A DNA stretch of 54,019 bases, the filler included, from Catajapyx aquilonaris (taxonomy: Eukaryota), in the NCBI GenBank assembly GCA_000934665.2. It is 2 parts of 2 records of this genome, joined end to end, with 100 filler letters (N's around TTAATTAATTAA, not from the genome) between each part and the next. Parts side by side here need not be neighbours in the genome. Positions count along the whole stretch, not along the records: positions 23,440 to 54,019 come from KZ539401.1; 1 more part is not named here. The stretch is one strand, 5' to 3'. Each line of letters starts with the position of its first letter. Within the stretch, counting starts at the first letter, position 1. This document shows positions 23,340 through 37,339 of the stretch, in pieces. The position numbers and the translations under genes were made by a program. The notes beneath the pieces were generated by a model that worked only from the letters and a program-made list of their open reading frames with translations, searched no databases and was not told the origin of the DNA.

Positions 23340-23439
23340 NNNNNNNNNNNNNNNNNNNNNNNNNNNNNNNNNNNNNNNNNNNNTTAATTAATTAANNNNN
23401 NNNNNNNNNNNNNNNNNNNNNNNNNNNNNNNNNNNNNNN
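23340..23439. other. Assembly gap containing an artificial TTAATTAATTAA spacer (23384-23395)
   Basis: 100-nt N block with an embedded 12-mer that gives stops in all six frames. Confidence 0.9.
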
Positions 23440-24362
23440 ACTGGTCTAGCCCCTGAAGAAAAGCTGGCAAAGCGCTCTCATGCGGTCACCTCCTGGCTCC
23501 CGCCTGACCTTGAGCCTCGTGGTATTTGCGATTTACGAATTCCTGGGCACTTTTTCCAAAAAGCAAAAGTCTATTGCAAATATAGAACACGCAGGCTAAA
23601 TTGTGAGGCCACTCCCAACTCTGTAGGCCGTACATAGCGGGAGAAATCATCATCACAGCAGGGTATTAATAATGTAGATACCAGCTGCCAGTTTGCTTCA
23701 TTTTACAGCGGTAACAATTCTGGGAAGCCCTCCCCAGAGATATACCTGATAGTTTCTCGTGTATCATCCTGCAATGGATTACTTGTGGGTGAGATTAGGT
23801 GGTTTCGAGATGGTCATTTCCATCATTACCTTTCCAAAAACATCCTGACAAACTAATGTGCTAGGCATAAGTGATGTTTGTGAGGAATACAGCTACAGTG
23901 ACATTCACGTCCGTAACCTTTCACAAAACCTGTAATGATATGATCTGTTTAAAATTGGTTTATTGCCATTTGCATGCCTTATTATACATATATTATTATA
24001 TTATAATATGTATATTCAGACTACTAATACATTATTATTTTTAAACTTCCAACAGGCCTCGAATAACAGGATCAAAGGGACCAATATATTCTGAAACATA
24101 TCAATGAGACTTGAAAAAAATTCCCCTAGTGTTGCAGTCTGACATAGCATCCATTACATATCATTTTTGTGAAATTGATTTGTTATAGCTAACTGTATGC
24201 AGGTTTCATGGACTTACCAGGAAGTGACCAATGTTCATGTTAAAAATTAATGTGAGGAATTGGGAATGAAATTAGGAAATAGTGATATGTAATAAAGTGA
24301 GAGACTATTTAATCACAGGCATGTAGTGACTACACATATCACATGTAAATACTTTTATCTGC

Positions 24363-26059
24363 TCAGAGTTCAATATTGACTTCAACAGATCCATCATAAC
24401 CATTATCTTCAATCTTTTCTAGCCAAGCCACATAATCATCAGGAAGACCATTTTCCCTGGCCCCCTTAAGGATGACCTGTTTATACACAGCTGATGGCCG
24501 GTTGTCTTGATCCTGCCCTTGGTCCTTCACCAGCATCTTGTATGTCCTGGCAATAATCCCTTCCCCACTGGCTGTCTCCAGCTCCACTTCCAGAGGCTGG
24601 TAGATTCCTTTATGCACACCCTCCTGATTGTCCAGACATGGAAGGTCAGTGAAGCTCAGCTTCCAGACCACTCCCCACACGTCGGATCCTATCTGGGGAC
24701 GTATGGTGGCTACTGCACCCCTCCAACGGTTACCTGCATGACCAAAGTCCAGAATGTGGTCCTGGAAGCAGATTTGTGGTGAATGAATTGGAAATATGCA
24801 AGATTTCAAGCAGGTGCTTGTGGTATTCAAAGTAGTCAGAATAAATGATGATAAAATTAAATTATCTTATTTTCATCACTCTTTTTCATTTAGTAGTTCC
24901 TTTGTAGATTTTAAAAACTCGTTAGACCAAAGCAGCCCCCTGACACATCCAGCTTAGCCGTGTGTTGATGGTAGTTCAATATAAAAGCCTCTGCGGGGAA
25001 TTTGGCACTACAGCCCACCCACAGGAATCTACTGGGTGGTGGGTTCGGGTTGCCGCTTTCGCAACCAACCCAAACCGTCCTTTCCTCGGAGGACATTTGC
25101 AGGCTCGGTTTTGGATGGCTGGGAGGGCCAAATTCCCCGCATGGGGGATACTTGTATATTAAACAACGGTGTTGTATGTGTGTCGGGGCTGGATCAAAGT
25201 GTTGTAATGAGATGCTTTCTTTTAAATAAAAGAATCTTGCTGTTTAGTGCCTGAAACTGTAGCATTTAAACCACAATATTTTATGAGGTAATTCACCTTC
25301 TTAGTAATAGTAAGAGTTGTGTTATTCTTTTTCTTGGAATACATATGAAGATATCTACACAAGAATTATAGTGATTAGTGGAAACAGCAACACTAAAACT
25401 AGGTATATTAAGTTGTTGTTTTCCTAGTAATGAATGTTTAATGTTACCTTCTGAAAAGCTTTTTTTAATGGAGGCTGTAACTAATGGTGTTAGGGTAAAC
25501 ATGACGCATTTTTTCCCTACTTATAGCAGGACATGTGAAAATATAGGTTTGAAAACTGTGATTTCGCAATTTTTAAAAGCGGCACGAAACAGTTGCAATG
25601 TGCGGAGAGTTTCATTTTCATTTTTACAAAAAAAAATGCTAAGTAGCACTATTCGTAATAATATTGGGGGGCCTTGGGCGCACACTTGGTGTTTTGTTAT
25701 GATAATTTAGAGCGCGAAAAATATCCTTTAAAATACTTGGCAAGTCTGTGTAAAATTCAAGGCCAAATTCTGCTTCAATATTGCTTTCTGCCCACACAAT
25801 TGATTTTGATCTTTGTGGTTGAAGTTTATGAACGACTTTTTTTTTTTTAATGTAAGCAAAACTGACGTGGTCTGCTGCATTACAATTATTATTCCTCGAT
25901 ACCCTCAAGGACAAGTTTAATTCCTACCTTGAGTTTGGCCACCTTGTGCACGACGGCAGTGGGATTGTTGATGTGTATCCTGGAGGACAGCAGGTTGCTT
26001 CCGTATGCGAAGTAGAGGAAGGTGTCGCCGGCTCTCTTCATGGCCGATGACGGCTCCAT
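24363..26059 (-). CDS. GGCT: Gamma-glutamylcyclotransferase; exons 26059 (or 26041)-25928 and 24761-24363
   Basis: Exon 1 FLYFAYGSNL...INNPTA; phase-0 GT-AG intron; exon 2 WRGAVATI...VWGVVW...LDNQEGV...PSAVYKQVILKGARENGLP..Y. Confidence 0.92.
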
Positions 26060-27071
26060 TCACGGCGGAGGAAAGACCTGATCTGGAAGTGGATCTTGCC
26101 AGAAGGACAAGAATGGTCCAAGTGCATGCGATACGGTTGCTGTGTGATCAGCTGGGATAGCGAATGAACAGGGTTTGGAGGATTGGAGGATGGACGCCAT
26201 TTTGGATCCAGATGCTTGTGACAATACTGACAAACATACGGACAGTTCGGCTGATATATAGCTACCACCCTAATTAGTGTGGAAACCTAGCATGTCGTCC
26301 TAGTTCATGCTCTGGCTCGATAAAGAGCTCTATGTTTGTTGTGCATAGGCCTGATATTATTGTTTTGAACCAAGGATATCCTCATGAGGTCGTCCGCATT
26401 AGGAGGATGTGGCATACACATCCGCAAATTACATAGCTACTGAGTCCATACTTAATGTGTTGAGATGTTGCCAAAGATTTATACACTGCAGATAATTGCA
26501 CAGCGTAATATAAAAGCTGGCAACGAAATGACGTGTTTTCATATATAGCTGGATGTGGCCTGTTGATTCCAGATGTTTTCTCTGCTTCGTTTTGCAATCA
26601 GTGCACCTTATATCATACTTGTATACGCCACATGTCATTTTAAAATGTACAGCATATAGTATGCTTGTCCGACACAACAATATCAAAATGCTGGCGATTT
26701 TACATCATAATTATAAGTCGTGGATCAGTGTCTCTTGCGGCAAGATGCACTTTGTAATTCAGAAATATTCTGATTAGGTGACATCAACCACTCGTGCAAT
26801 AAACATAACTCACCGTATGGCGTATGACAGTATACTGACAGCACTACTGGCCGTACGTAGGAGCAGCAGGTTTTATTGCATCAAAGCACAACTAAGTGTA
26901 CATTACGAGCTACAATAGTTCCGGTGGCGCATGCTTATCACGTTACAAGCGCGACAGTAGTTCTAAGGAGGAGAAAAAGTGACAGTCTTTTTTTTTTTTT
27001 GGAGAGAGTCCAATAATACCCTGTGAGGTGACATGATTCCTGATGATGGATCGGGTGCAAACTTCTTGGCA

Positions 27072-30000
27072 CTAGGCTTCTTCTCTTGCTTCCTCATAAA
27101 CGTCTGAATCCGTGTCGGAATTTTGGGCTGTGGTTGGGGACGACGACGATTTTTTTAGTGGGTCTGACACCGTCGAGGACTTTGAGGATGGCACGTCAGC
27201 ACTTGAAGACACCACATCCTGAGACCATAAAAGGAGAAGTCAAGACGTGTCATATCAGAGGCAATAAAAGAACTCTCACCTCCTCCGGATGTAGGGTGAG
27301 AGAATCATTGATTCTGTCAACAGGCGGTTTAGGAGCAGGCCTCTTCTTCCGTCTGTTTCTTGGTATGGTCAAGAAGGCCAGTTCTCTAGCCCTCTCCTTG
27401 CTGGTGTCTTCTTCGTCCAGGCTGTCTGTGAAATCAGTTCACTAATTATCTCCACCCCATATTGGGATATTAAAATGTTTACCAGAGATATGATGAGTGT
27501 TTCCTTCGTCGAGAGCTGGCAGAGTAGGCGTAAGAGGCCTGCTTCCGGCCGACTTCTTCCTGATCATGGGCAGACGTAAGGAGTGCAGACCTGCCCAGCT
27601 TCCGTCGGCGCGTCTTCTCAGAGCCATCATTTGACTCTCTGATCTCCGCCTCATGGAGCTGAATTGGGCCAAGGCGGAAGATAACATCCGGGACACAGAT
27701 ATACCTCCTGAAGGGGCAGACAGGGATCTCTCCTTATTGCTGTCAAGAAAGAAAAAAAAAGAAAAGAAATAGACGGGGGAGTAGTCGTGTCGCGACGCAG
27801 TTACAGTGCCACTTCTTTCAATCATTCCTTCAATTGAATGACCTGGGAGATTGGGTGAAGCAATACCTCTCACGGTGGGTCCGAGGAAAAGCATATACGA
27901 TTATCTCAATGGCTGCATTCAGTGGCGTAATATAAGCACTTGTGGGAGAAATGGTTATTGCAATGTGCAGTTAATTATGCAGTATCGCGTGCGTCATAAG
28001 TTATAAGCATAAAAATGTGCAAGGTGTTACTTTCTTCCTATAGCTAACTGTAAGGAGCCATAAACTATTCTTTCCACGTAGCCGCCGTAATATTGCACGG
28101 CGTTAAAAAGGAAGAAGCGTGTCATGAGGGAGAAGTGTGGTTCCGTCAGCAGGCATTTAAAAATGTATAATGTTTTATCAATAAGTGGTCTTACATAACT
28201 CTTGCTTACAACCGAGTGGAATATTTGCCAGGAAAAATCATTTACCTGATAACAAACTATATACTGGTATAGCATTGTATTCAAATGTGTGTGGCGGTGT
28301 AAATTTAATTCAGGTAATGAACTACATAAAATAATATTCATATATGTTCATATAGAGGCCTGCATATAGTTACAGAAAATTCATGAAACACAATGTTAAG
28401 AAATTCCCGACCAAATAACTTTCTTTCGTAATATCGGATCATGTAAACAAAACACTCGTTGCAACTTGGGACGATGGCATGCGTTGTAAACAAGAGTAGT
28501 TATGTAAGAAGCGATTGGCAAAGCATATATGGAATTTTTGAAGTTCCTTCTAACGGAATCACACATTCCCTTCATTACGCGGGTCTGCCCTTTTAATGGT
28601 ATGCAATTCCGGAGGCATGTAGAAGGCATGTGTCGAAAGCCCCGAGTGCTGCCCCAGGAATTGACCGAGTAATTAATGAATTGCTCTCGGGGATTTGCAC
28701 CCTTCTGGAGCGCCGGAAGATATATTGGTCTCCAAGACGCGATACGTAAATTCCTGTGTTGTGCCCACCATGGACTTGGAGGGGGTGGGGAAGGGAGAAG
28801 AACAACGAATGGGCCTTGGCTCGATGAGGTATTTACTCAATTGGACCAACGAAGTTTAAGTGACACCGAGGCATCTCTGTGAGGTTTCAAAATGTACGGA
28901 AAGTGTGCCAATTGTATGCGAGAGAGAAGGTCACGTAGGATTGTGGGCTGTTGACGAAACGACCTTGTGTCGTCGACAATCAGCAACCTCCCAACGAGAT
29001 GATGTGACGTACGTAATTTTGCAGTGCCCACCTGCATTATTACTCTACGTAGAGTACTTGCAAAATGTACCAATAATAATTATTTAGGAACCTGCGTATT
29101 GTGTATAACTAAGATTCTGGATCCATTTTAAATGGCATCAGTAAAATATAAAGTGCTGATTAGATGTTTTCTTAGTAATAATTATTGCAGTAATATTGAT
29201 TGCAAAAATTTGTGAAAAATTTATATGAATTTGAGATTTTTAGAATGCAAAATGTGCGCATGAAAAAGGCCAACTGGCTTGTCTTTGGCGAGGAAAAATT
29301 TCAAATGATAAAAATATCACTAATAAATGCAATATGGTAAATCTGTCTAAGTCCCACGATCAAGTGGATGGTAAGGGGGCAAAGTTATGCATTGTTTACC
29401 TCATCAACCGCTTCGATCAGAACAGTAACCATTACTACAAGTGAATGTGGTTATGATTGTTAATTGCTTTCAATGAGATGCTTCTCTTATTGTCACTTTT
29501 CCACCTTAAACTGAAGAAAAATGGATCATATGGCACATATGTGCATTTTTGGCCTCCCAAGAGAAAGGATCTCATCTGGTTCATAAAAAAACTTTTTCGA
29601 TCATATTTTAAAGAACTTTGACAAGATTTTTGGCTGATTTTTTGTTGCAAAAGGAAACTCGATACTCATAATATTTAATCACTGTAGTCTACTGCAATAC
29701 ATTATTATTTTGTATGCACAACTATAGTATATACAAGCATGTAATTGGAAATTCAGTTCTTATTATGAAAAATACAGTCAAAATAATTATTGTCTTCTTA
29801 TTCTGTATAAGAAGCAGATCAAATAATGTCACTATATTCAGAATGCAATATTTGCATAGGGGTAGCCCTACATAAAATGAAGGCAGCAAACTCTCCCTGT
29901 TGTATTGTGTCCGGTCCATTGCCATCACAGGTCTATCTCTATGTAGCGTACAGTAATGCATGAATCAGCAGTGGATATCCTGTGGGTTTTTTTCGATGCT

Positions 30001-31463
30001 CTATTCAAGCATGTAATTATTATGTTCCCCTTACACCACCAAGCGAACATTGTCGATTGAAGCAAAATAATGCTAAAAGAGTGATACGAAAGAGAGATAC
30101 GAATCACTGCACTGTTTCAAAAGTAAAGCGCGATTTTTTTCTCAAATTAATGCATCATTATTATTACCTGCACGACATTCATCACCATTCATTTCGATTA
30201 TTCAAAGTAGTCTACGTTAATCCAATTTCAGATGACTCATGTATTTTACTCTGTAATATTAATGCGAATTTTGTTAGAAATGGTAAAATATTATTTATGT
30301 TTACGCGCCCGCCGAGTCATTCCCAGCAGTTGCAAGTACTGTACTGGTAGTACATGATGTATGGTGTAAAAGGAAGACCCCTTGGTGTATGTGGCAGAAA
30401 TGACTAATATTCTTGTGGTTTTACGCCCAAAATACTGAAAACAATAGGAACTGACTTGTTTTTGCCATGGATGGAATTTATGCTTACTTATGTCTGCCAC
30501 TGCTCAAAATCATACCTTACAATACATTGCTTGAATTTTGGCCCAGGGAGAGTGCAATCAATCTATTTCCGTTTACCTTGCACGTCATGCCATTGAAAGA
30601 GACATCCCCTTCCCTTTAATATTAAATTAAAGATCTGAAACGACCAACAATCAGAATCACGCACAAGGAATGATTTAGAGATATGAGGGATTGAAGTTTG
30701 AAATCTGCATTACCCCTTTAGTATGGAATTGCCTCGGGAATTGGAAACATTTGCCATTACCCATGCAGAAAAAAAGAGTCGATCATCATTCATCATAATG
30801 ATTGTATAGGCTACTGTCTAAAGCTCTAGCCCAATTCTGACCAAGGTGTGACAGTTAATTCTGCTCTACCTTCATTTGTGTTATGCAGATTGGTTCTGCT
30901 ATCTATTGCAGATTGCACAAGTGACGTTACCATGCGAAAGAAACTCACCTTCGTGCTGTCCCATTGCTTTCCGTCCGAAATTTCAATTTCCCTTCACCCT
31001 GGAAAGGATTCAGGTGTTCCGGGTAGTCGTGGATGGACACTCTCCTCCGGGGTGGCACAGGAGGCGCCTGCTGTGCCTGTGTCTCGATCGGTGACTGCAC
31101 TGGCGACTGTGCAGGCGACGTCACTGTCTCTGAAATCAACAACGGAGGCCTCCTTCTAGGCCTGGGCAGCGGCTGCGGCTGCTTCTGGAAGCCGTCATCC
31201 ACGCACGAAACAGTGGACAAGTCATCCTTGGCGCCCATGTTAAAGTTGTTGATGTTGATGTAGAAGACGGTTCTTGGGGGCCTCCGGGGATGAGGCTGCG
31301 GTGGCGGCAACGTCGGAAGCACCACGAAGTTCTTCTTGCACTCGTGGGCAGGGTCCATCACAAGAGAAGCGCCGGCGCTGTCCATTGTCGCGGAGGCGGA
31401 GGAAGAGGAGGGGGATGATGATGCAGATGAAGGATGTGGAGAAGGAACGTAGAAGAGCGACAT
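27072..31463 (-). CDS. Uncharacterised low-complexity protein (~354 aa); exons 31463-30949, 27739-27483, 27425-27280, 27218-27072
   Basis: GT-AG introns with compatible phases (2, 1, 0) give one open frame. Motifs PPVPPRRR, YPEHLNPF, RKKRPAPKPP and C-terminal SDTDSDVYEEAREEA. Start codon uncertain. Confidence 0.7.
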
Positions 31464-31506
31464 CGGCTTCTTATCACGCCCCAGTGTGTAATGTGTGTGT
31501 GTGATG

Positions 31507-31530
31507 TGACGTCACCGCAGCCGGAAGTGG
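31507..31530. promoter_or_regulatory. CRE palindrome GTGACGTCAC and ETS-type CCGGAAGTG just upstream of the minus-strand gene
   Basis: Consensus matches about 45-65 bp upstream of ATG 31463. Confidence 0.45.
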
Positions 31531-33454
31531 GTCTCAGGCTTATTCTCCACCCTTTCCTTCCCATTCCAGTCTGGTGCTGTGGTGGCCTTCACCCTCATGA
31601 TGTTAGCTTCAAAAATATTACGCGTTTTGATAACTGGGACGTCTGCACTATGAATTGTAATCGTCCTTAAGGAGGTTATTGGGCATCAGTGCTGCGGAAC
31701 ATTTAAAATAATAATGAGCAGTCGCGTAACATGGTAATGGACACTGGTCCCACGATTGCTGACACCTACGTACACCCACCTTCTTTCCTGCTCTTCCATC
31801 CGCTGCCCCCACATACAACCAGCTGAATGTCGCGAAGCACGTTGGGACACTGTCCCTTTTTACAGTCGGCTCCCAGCTGATCCCCCTCCCATGTTCCCAG
31901 GATAATAACAGCTTGCCCGGGCTTCACTCTTATTGGTTGACTCACAGGCAACCGAGGTGATCATGTCTGATTCTCCTAACCCATCCATCCCTCATCTGAA
32001 CTTGTTATGATACCGGTACCCTGGATCTCTCAGTAGGAGAGTGAACATGCGTTGATCTATGTCAGGTCTTCAAAGTCAGGACTTCTTATCAGTGAACAGG
32101 GAACGCACTCTATAGCTTTAAATTGTGGAAATATAGATTTCAAATTTGAGTTCAGTTGACACAATCTGTTGGCATCAGTTGACAAATCTCATGTAGAAAA
32201 TTTAGTGAAACCTATATTCATACAATTCTAAATATTTTTCCGGTGTAGGGGTTTGTCCTAGTTAACCTAAATCTCTGGTGCGAAATTTTTGCTGAACGAG
32301 TGTTTCCGCTATAGGCAGATTTTGCTGTGTCATAAAATTTTTACGTAGCACTCCAAACAGGTCGTCTATTTTGCGTTAGTAGAAACATGACAATTCTTAT
32401 CTTGGAAAGTTGATACTCTCTAATTTTTTTTATTTCTATGAACCGTGTTGCATGATAAATATCAATTAAAGAGCGGATGAGTCCCTCTCTGGTGGGATCT
32501 TCCTCTTCCTCCTTTGCACCGTAATAATTCAATGAGAATGGGAGAGACGGTCAGCCTCTATTCAGGACCAATTTACCATCTTCCTGTTGAGCTTTAATAA
32601 GTGGGCAACGGCAACCCCTCCGCCAGCAGGATTCAGCCGCTGTCCAACTCAGCCTCTGCACAATATTATGGGCAACACACGCAATATTTTTCTTCTCTTC
32701 TAGGATGCCTCGTTAGTTATTCAGTTGAACTACGGTAAATAGTTAATTGCATATCTGGTGTTTTCCAAGATTGTTTTGGCGGCTTGTAGAAATGCCTGCA
32801 CAGTAATGGGATAATAAGATGCTTTAGATTTATGGAACTTGCGCACCAGTTCAATGTACAGCGGCATGGTATTATGCATGCTTCATGTTTACTCGTGCAG
32901 ACGGTTGACGTGCTCTAGAATATTAAATTGAGCATGCCAGGGTTAAAGTGCACCGCAGGCAATTTATCTTTAACCTGGAGCACACTTTTGAGTGCAGTGC
33001 CCCGCAATCTCGAGCCCTGCGCCCAGAGACAACGGTGACGTCCATGGACGTGAACATATATCTCCCTGAGAGTCCAATGTCAAAGCACTTAAGCAATCAA
33101 GTTCCAGCGCAAGCCAGCGGTTTCTTTTTTTTTTTCTTTCCTATTATTCAACTCCCTTTCCCACCCCCTATAACTTCGGCGGCCCTTTTGCTCCGGCTAG
33201 AGGGTGGTACATGGCTACCATATACAAGTTGGAGGTGTTACAACTTGTTACACCGTCATTCATTAAGTCGTTGGCATCACGCATCGGTGTGCGAAGCTTC
33301 CTGCTCTTTCTCCTTTTTACATGCCCATTATGTCAATTGATCACATGATGCAGCTTGTGTCCTCCCACACCTTTGTTGTGTTGCAGCAGGTTACGTATAC
33401 GTTACTCGAATGGAAAAGAGCAGTCAAGGAGAAACTCTTTATTGCAAGCGGTGA

Positions 33455-36184
33455 CTACCCTGATGGACCATATCTACGGATGTTTCCACTTCGCAGCCGG
33501 GCAGCCAAAAGAGAAGCAGGGACAGTGATGATCCCACTGTCCTCTAGTTCTAAGTCTTCCTGGGTGGCTTTGAAGGTCCACAGGAGATACCGGTTCGCCA
33601 CGTCTTCAGCTGCAAAGGATAGCTAATGTATTGAAAGTCACACGGGTTCGGAATGAAATTACTGCTGGAACAGAGTGTTTCATAGTGATTTTAGACAAAC
33701 TCCTATATGCACTGGTTGTGGGGAAGTGTAGATGGCCGAGATGGTAACGTCTCGGCTTGCTGAGTGAAAGGCCCCAGGTTCGATCCCCACCTGGGGAACT
33801 TTCCTTTCACCTGCGTCAGGAGGGTCTCTGACCTGCACCAAGGAGGTGTCTGGCAACCTAACCTCCTGGGGAACAGCACGTGACCCATAGCTACGACATT
33901 GCACCTTGCACCCATGTTCCCTCCCCAAAAATCCCTATCCTTTCCCATTGTCCCTGTTTCCTTGCACCGGAGAATGAAGTGAAAATATATACAGAAAACT
34001 TATGGTGGTATGCCACCCCCCTATAGCACCCGTAAGGGTCATCACGGGGTAAACTAAATAAAAAATAAATAAAATAACTGGTTGTGAGACCTAATGACAT
34101 CTCTGCGTTAGTGATCCTCTGGCGCACAGTCGTTATAAATTATTATTACTAATTATCATAAAGAACTCCCATATACAGGATGGCACACTGTCCAAGTTCC
34201 TATGATTCAGGTGGCGTGAAGGAGGAAAGACTGTGGGTTGCTTACTCTAGCAACAATTTTAATGATTAGTAGTAATAGGCCTACTTGTAGCAACAACAGG
34301 GCAACATTTACCCACCGTGACCGTGAGAGTTTGGGGAAGACAACAACGAAAACGACGAAAACTTAAGGATACCCAGAGACCCATGCTATATTATTTTGTG
34401 CTTACGTATGTAAGGATCCACAGTCATCAAGGCGTTTCTCAGGTCTGACATGCCTACATTGGTGTCATCACTACCTTCTTCTGCGCTCTTCTGTTCTTCT
34501 GTGCCAGCCTTTGGAGGAGTTCCCTCTGAGACACCCATGGCCATGAAGAGTTCTCGAACATAGGAGTTTTGTTCGTCCCTTGCCTGCTGAGTCAGCTCCA
34601 TGAAGAATAAACCCATGTAACCTTCTTCTGTCGGATGGAACACCTTCTTCACCTGCATTTCTCCGCTTTCCCTTATGTTCAGATCACTGTCAAAGAATGA
34701 GTCAGTAATATATACTGAACACTACACTCGTGCTACACTCATTACTGTAAATAGACCATGTCGCTGAATACACAACAAACTGCTAACGAACCATCTGGCA
34801 GCATCCATTAAGGCCTGGATGGCGGGCTGCTTCTTCAGCTGGAACACCCTGGAGATGATCTGTTGCACCACGTCTTGCGTCAGGGTATAGCCTTCGTCGG
34901 GATGGTATATGCCCATTTCCGTAGCCTTTTTACGACAGGCTTCGTCAATCATGGCCATGTCGTCGAAGAGTGCGTGCACCACACCTTCCTCCAGGTGTCC
35001 GGTCAAGATCCCTCCGAACATGGCCAGCCTCTCGTCGTACCCCATCCTCTCGCTTGCCTCGGTCAAGCTGTAGGCCCACTCGGCTCGGATTCCAGCGATC
35101 GGGAACCTGCTGTTGAGGTACAGCTGCAAGAATTCGTCCAGAGGCTGTACCGGCTGGTTGTCGACGAACGACTCTCGTCGGCGCCTCCATATGTCATAGA
35201 CGGTGGTGGCCGCTTCCTTGCGGCTCAGGCGGCGGTTCTTCACATCACCGTCGTAGCGGAGGTACGGTGGAACACTTTCATCTGTGCCCTTGCCCCGGAA
35301 CTTGTCCGGACCCTGCTCGAACGAGGATCCGGTCAGCTCCTTGACCAGCAGGCCGACCTTTTGCTCGCTGTTCTTGCCTCGAGCCATTTGCAGCCAGTAA
35401 GCCATGCCGCCCTTAATAACTTCAGAGCATCTGTGGACAGTTGTCAGAAGCATCATCTTGCATTAATATAATAATGTATACGTAGTATTATTTTGTCTAT
35501 ATATAGATAACCACCAATGCATTGTTCTCCAATAAATGTGCACAGACCTGAGCCAATCCGGACGAGGTGTCGAGCTTCCTCGTAATGCTTTATTCTCCTT
35601 CTGTACTTCATACAACTCTTCCTGCAAGCACTCGCATTTCCCTGAAACCAATGTTACGAGCTCAGCATATTATGTTGCAGTGAGTTACAAAAGAGAAAAT
35701 ATTGGTGGCCAAATAAATCATCGGCCCAAGCATACCTATCACCTCTCTGAACTCTGTGTTCATTTTTTCGAACCTGTCGTCCACACTCGCGAAATCAGCT
35801 TTCAGTTGCTCCAGTTTAAGATTGGCAATGTCGAATTCTCGTCTAGGAATCACGTCGGTGTAAGTGGCTTTCATGAGAGCGAGCTCTTTTTGAAGTTCTT
35901 GCAGTTGGGTTCTGGAGAATTCAGACAAAATATGCTTCTGATGATATGTTTACAACTGATTACAACAGATTAAATTACCCAAGGTTGTATGTCAAAGAGA
36001 GCTAAAATAATTATTAGAATAAATTGGCCACAAGTCACATGTTGAAATCATTCTATTGTGACTATACAGTATACACTATCGTTCTATAATAATTGAGTGT
36101 TGATAATTTTGTAAATTATAAATCTAAGAACCTCACCCGCCCCCCCCCCCTAAAAGGGCTCTGTTCCCTCTAATGGGGTAAAGC

Positions 36185-36243
<59 letters not shown>

Positions 36244-37253
36244 TAATAATAATAATAAATATATATAAATAACTTAAATAAATCTAAGAACCAGGGAAGC
36301 AAGTGGACACAGAGTAATCGGCCGTAATCGGGTCTCACTTGGCTTTGTTCAACTGCATCCTTAGCAACACTGGATCTTCTTGCACTTCTCCAGATTCCGT
36401 CTTTGCCATAGTCTGCTTGGTCAGAGAACGCACTTGGCTTTTCAAGTCATTAACATCAACGATTAGTAATCGACGGGCGTCCTCTTCATCACGGAACTTG
36501 CCGTGTTCTTTGGATAACTCTCCTTGCACCTAAAACACATTGCTGCAGTGAATTTTTACTACATAATGACAGACTGTCTCCGCATGATATTGTAGAAGCC
36601 CTTTTTATGCAGGAGTTCAATAATCGACACAATTGCTCTCAACTGTCAGTCATCTGTACTGAATCCCAAAATAAAATCTAATTCATACAACCCTCACTGC
36701 GAGGCGTTATTATAGTTCATATACTTCACGGAATATACTACCTTTGCCAACGCCGCTTTTAGCACATCCTTTTCTTCATTAGTGGTGTCGAGCCTTCTCA
36801 GAAGTGTGAATTTTTCCATTTCAAGTTGAGTTATCATCGCAGCATCTGATCGGCGCAGTGTCCTGCACTTATTGTCAAATTCTTCTTCGGCTGCAGCGAG
36901 TAATCTCTGGCAATGGAGTTTAACAGTTACACTTGTGTCGATTTACACTTCAGTTGTACATCACTCATAATACAGTACACTGATTGTGAGTGTTTGTGGT
37001 GGTGGTAAAATGCATTTACCTTATTGGCCTCCAACGCTTTGATCCTCACATCTCGAAAATTAATCATTTCATCATAGTGCCTTTTGATGCCAGACAAAAG
37101 TGTCCGATACTCGGGACACTGGCGAATTATAGCTGAGAAGACTTCATTGACCACCTGTAAAAAAATTCATATTTCTAAATGTAACTAGTCCAGTCAGTAG
37201 GTACATGCAAAACGGGGGTTGCTTTGCAAAAGGTGATTGGGTAGAAGATTTTT

Positions 37254-37339
<86 letters not shown>

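Noticed and set aside
26060..26062. Selenocysteine TGA upstream of GGCT
   Set aside because: Outside the catalytic domain, no SECIS recognised, and GGCT is not a known selenoprotein.
33720..33795. tRNA gene
   Set aside because: A and B boxes are present, but I could not fold a convincing cloverleaf and it continues into a SINE-like body.
34863..35471. 202-aa plus-strand ORF, and similar antisense ORFs over env, pol and the IR
   Set aside because: Shadow frames of GC-rich coding exons on the opposite strand.
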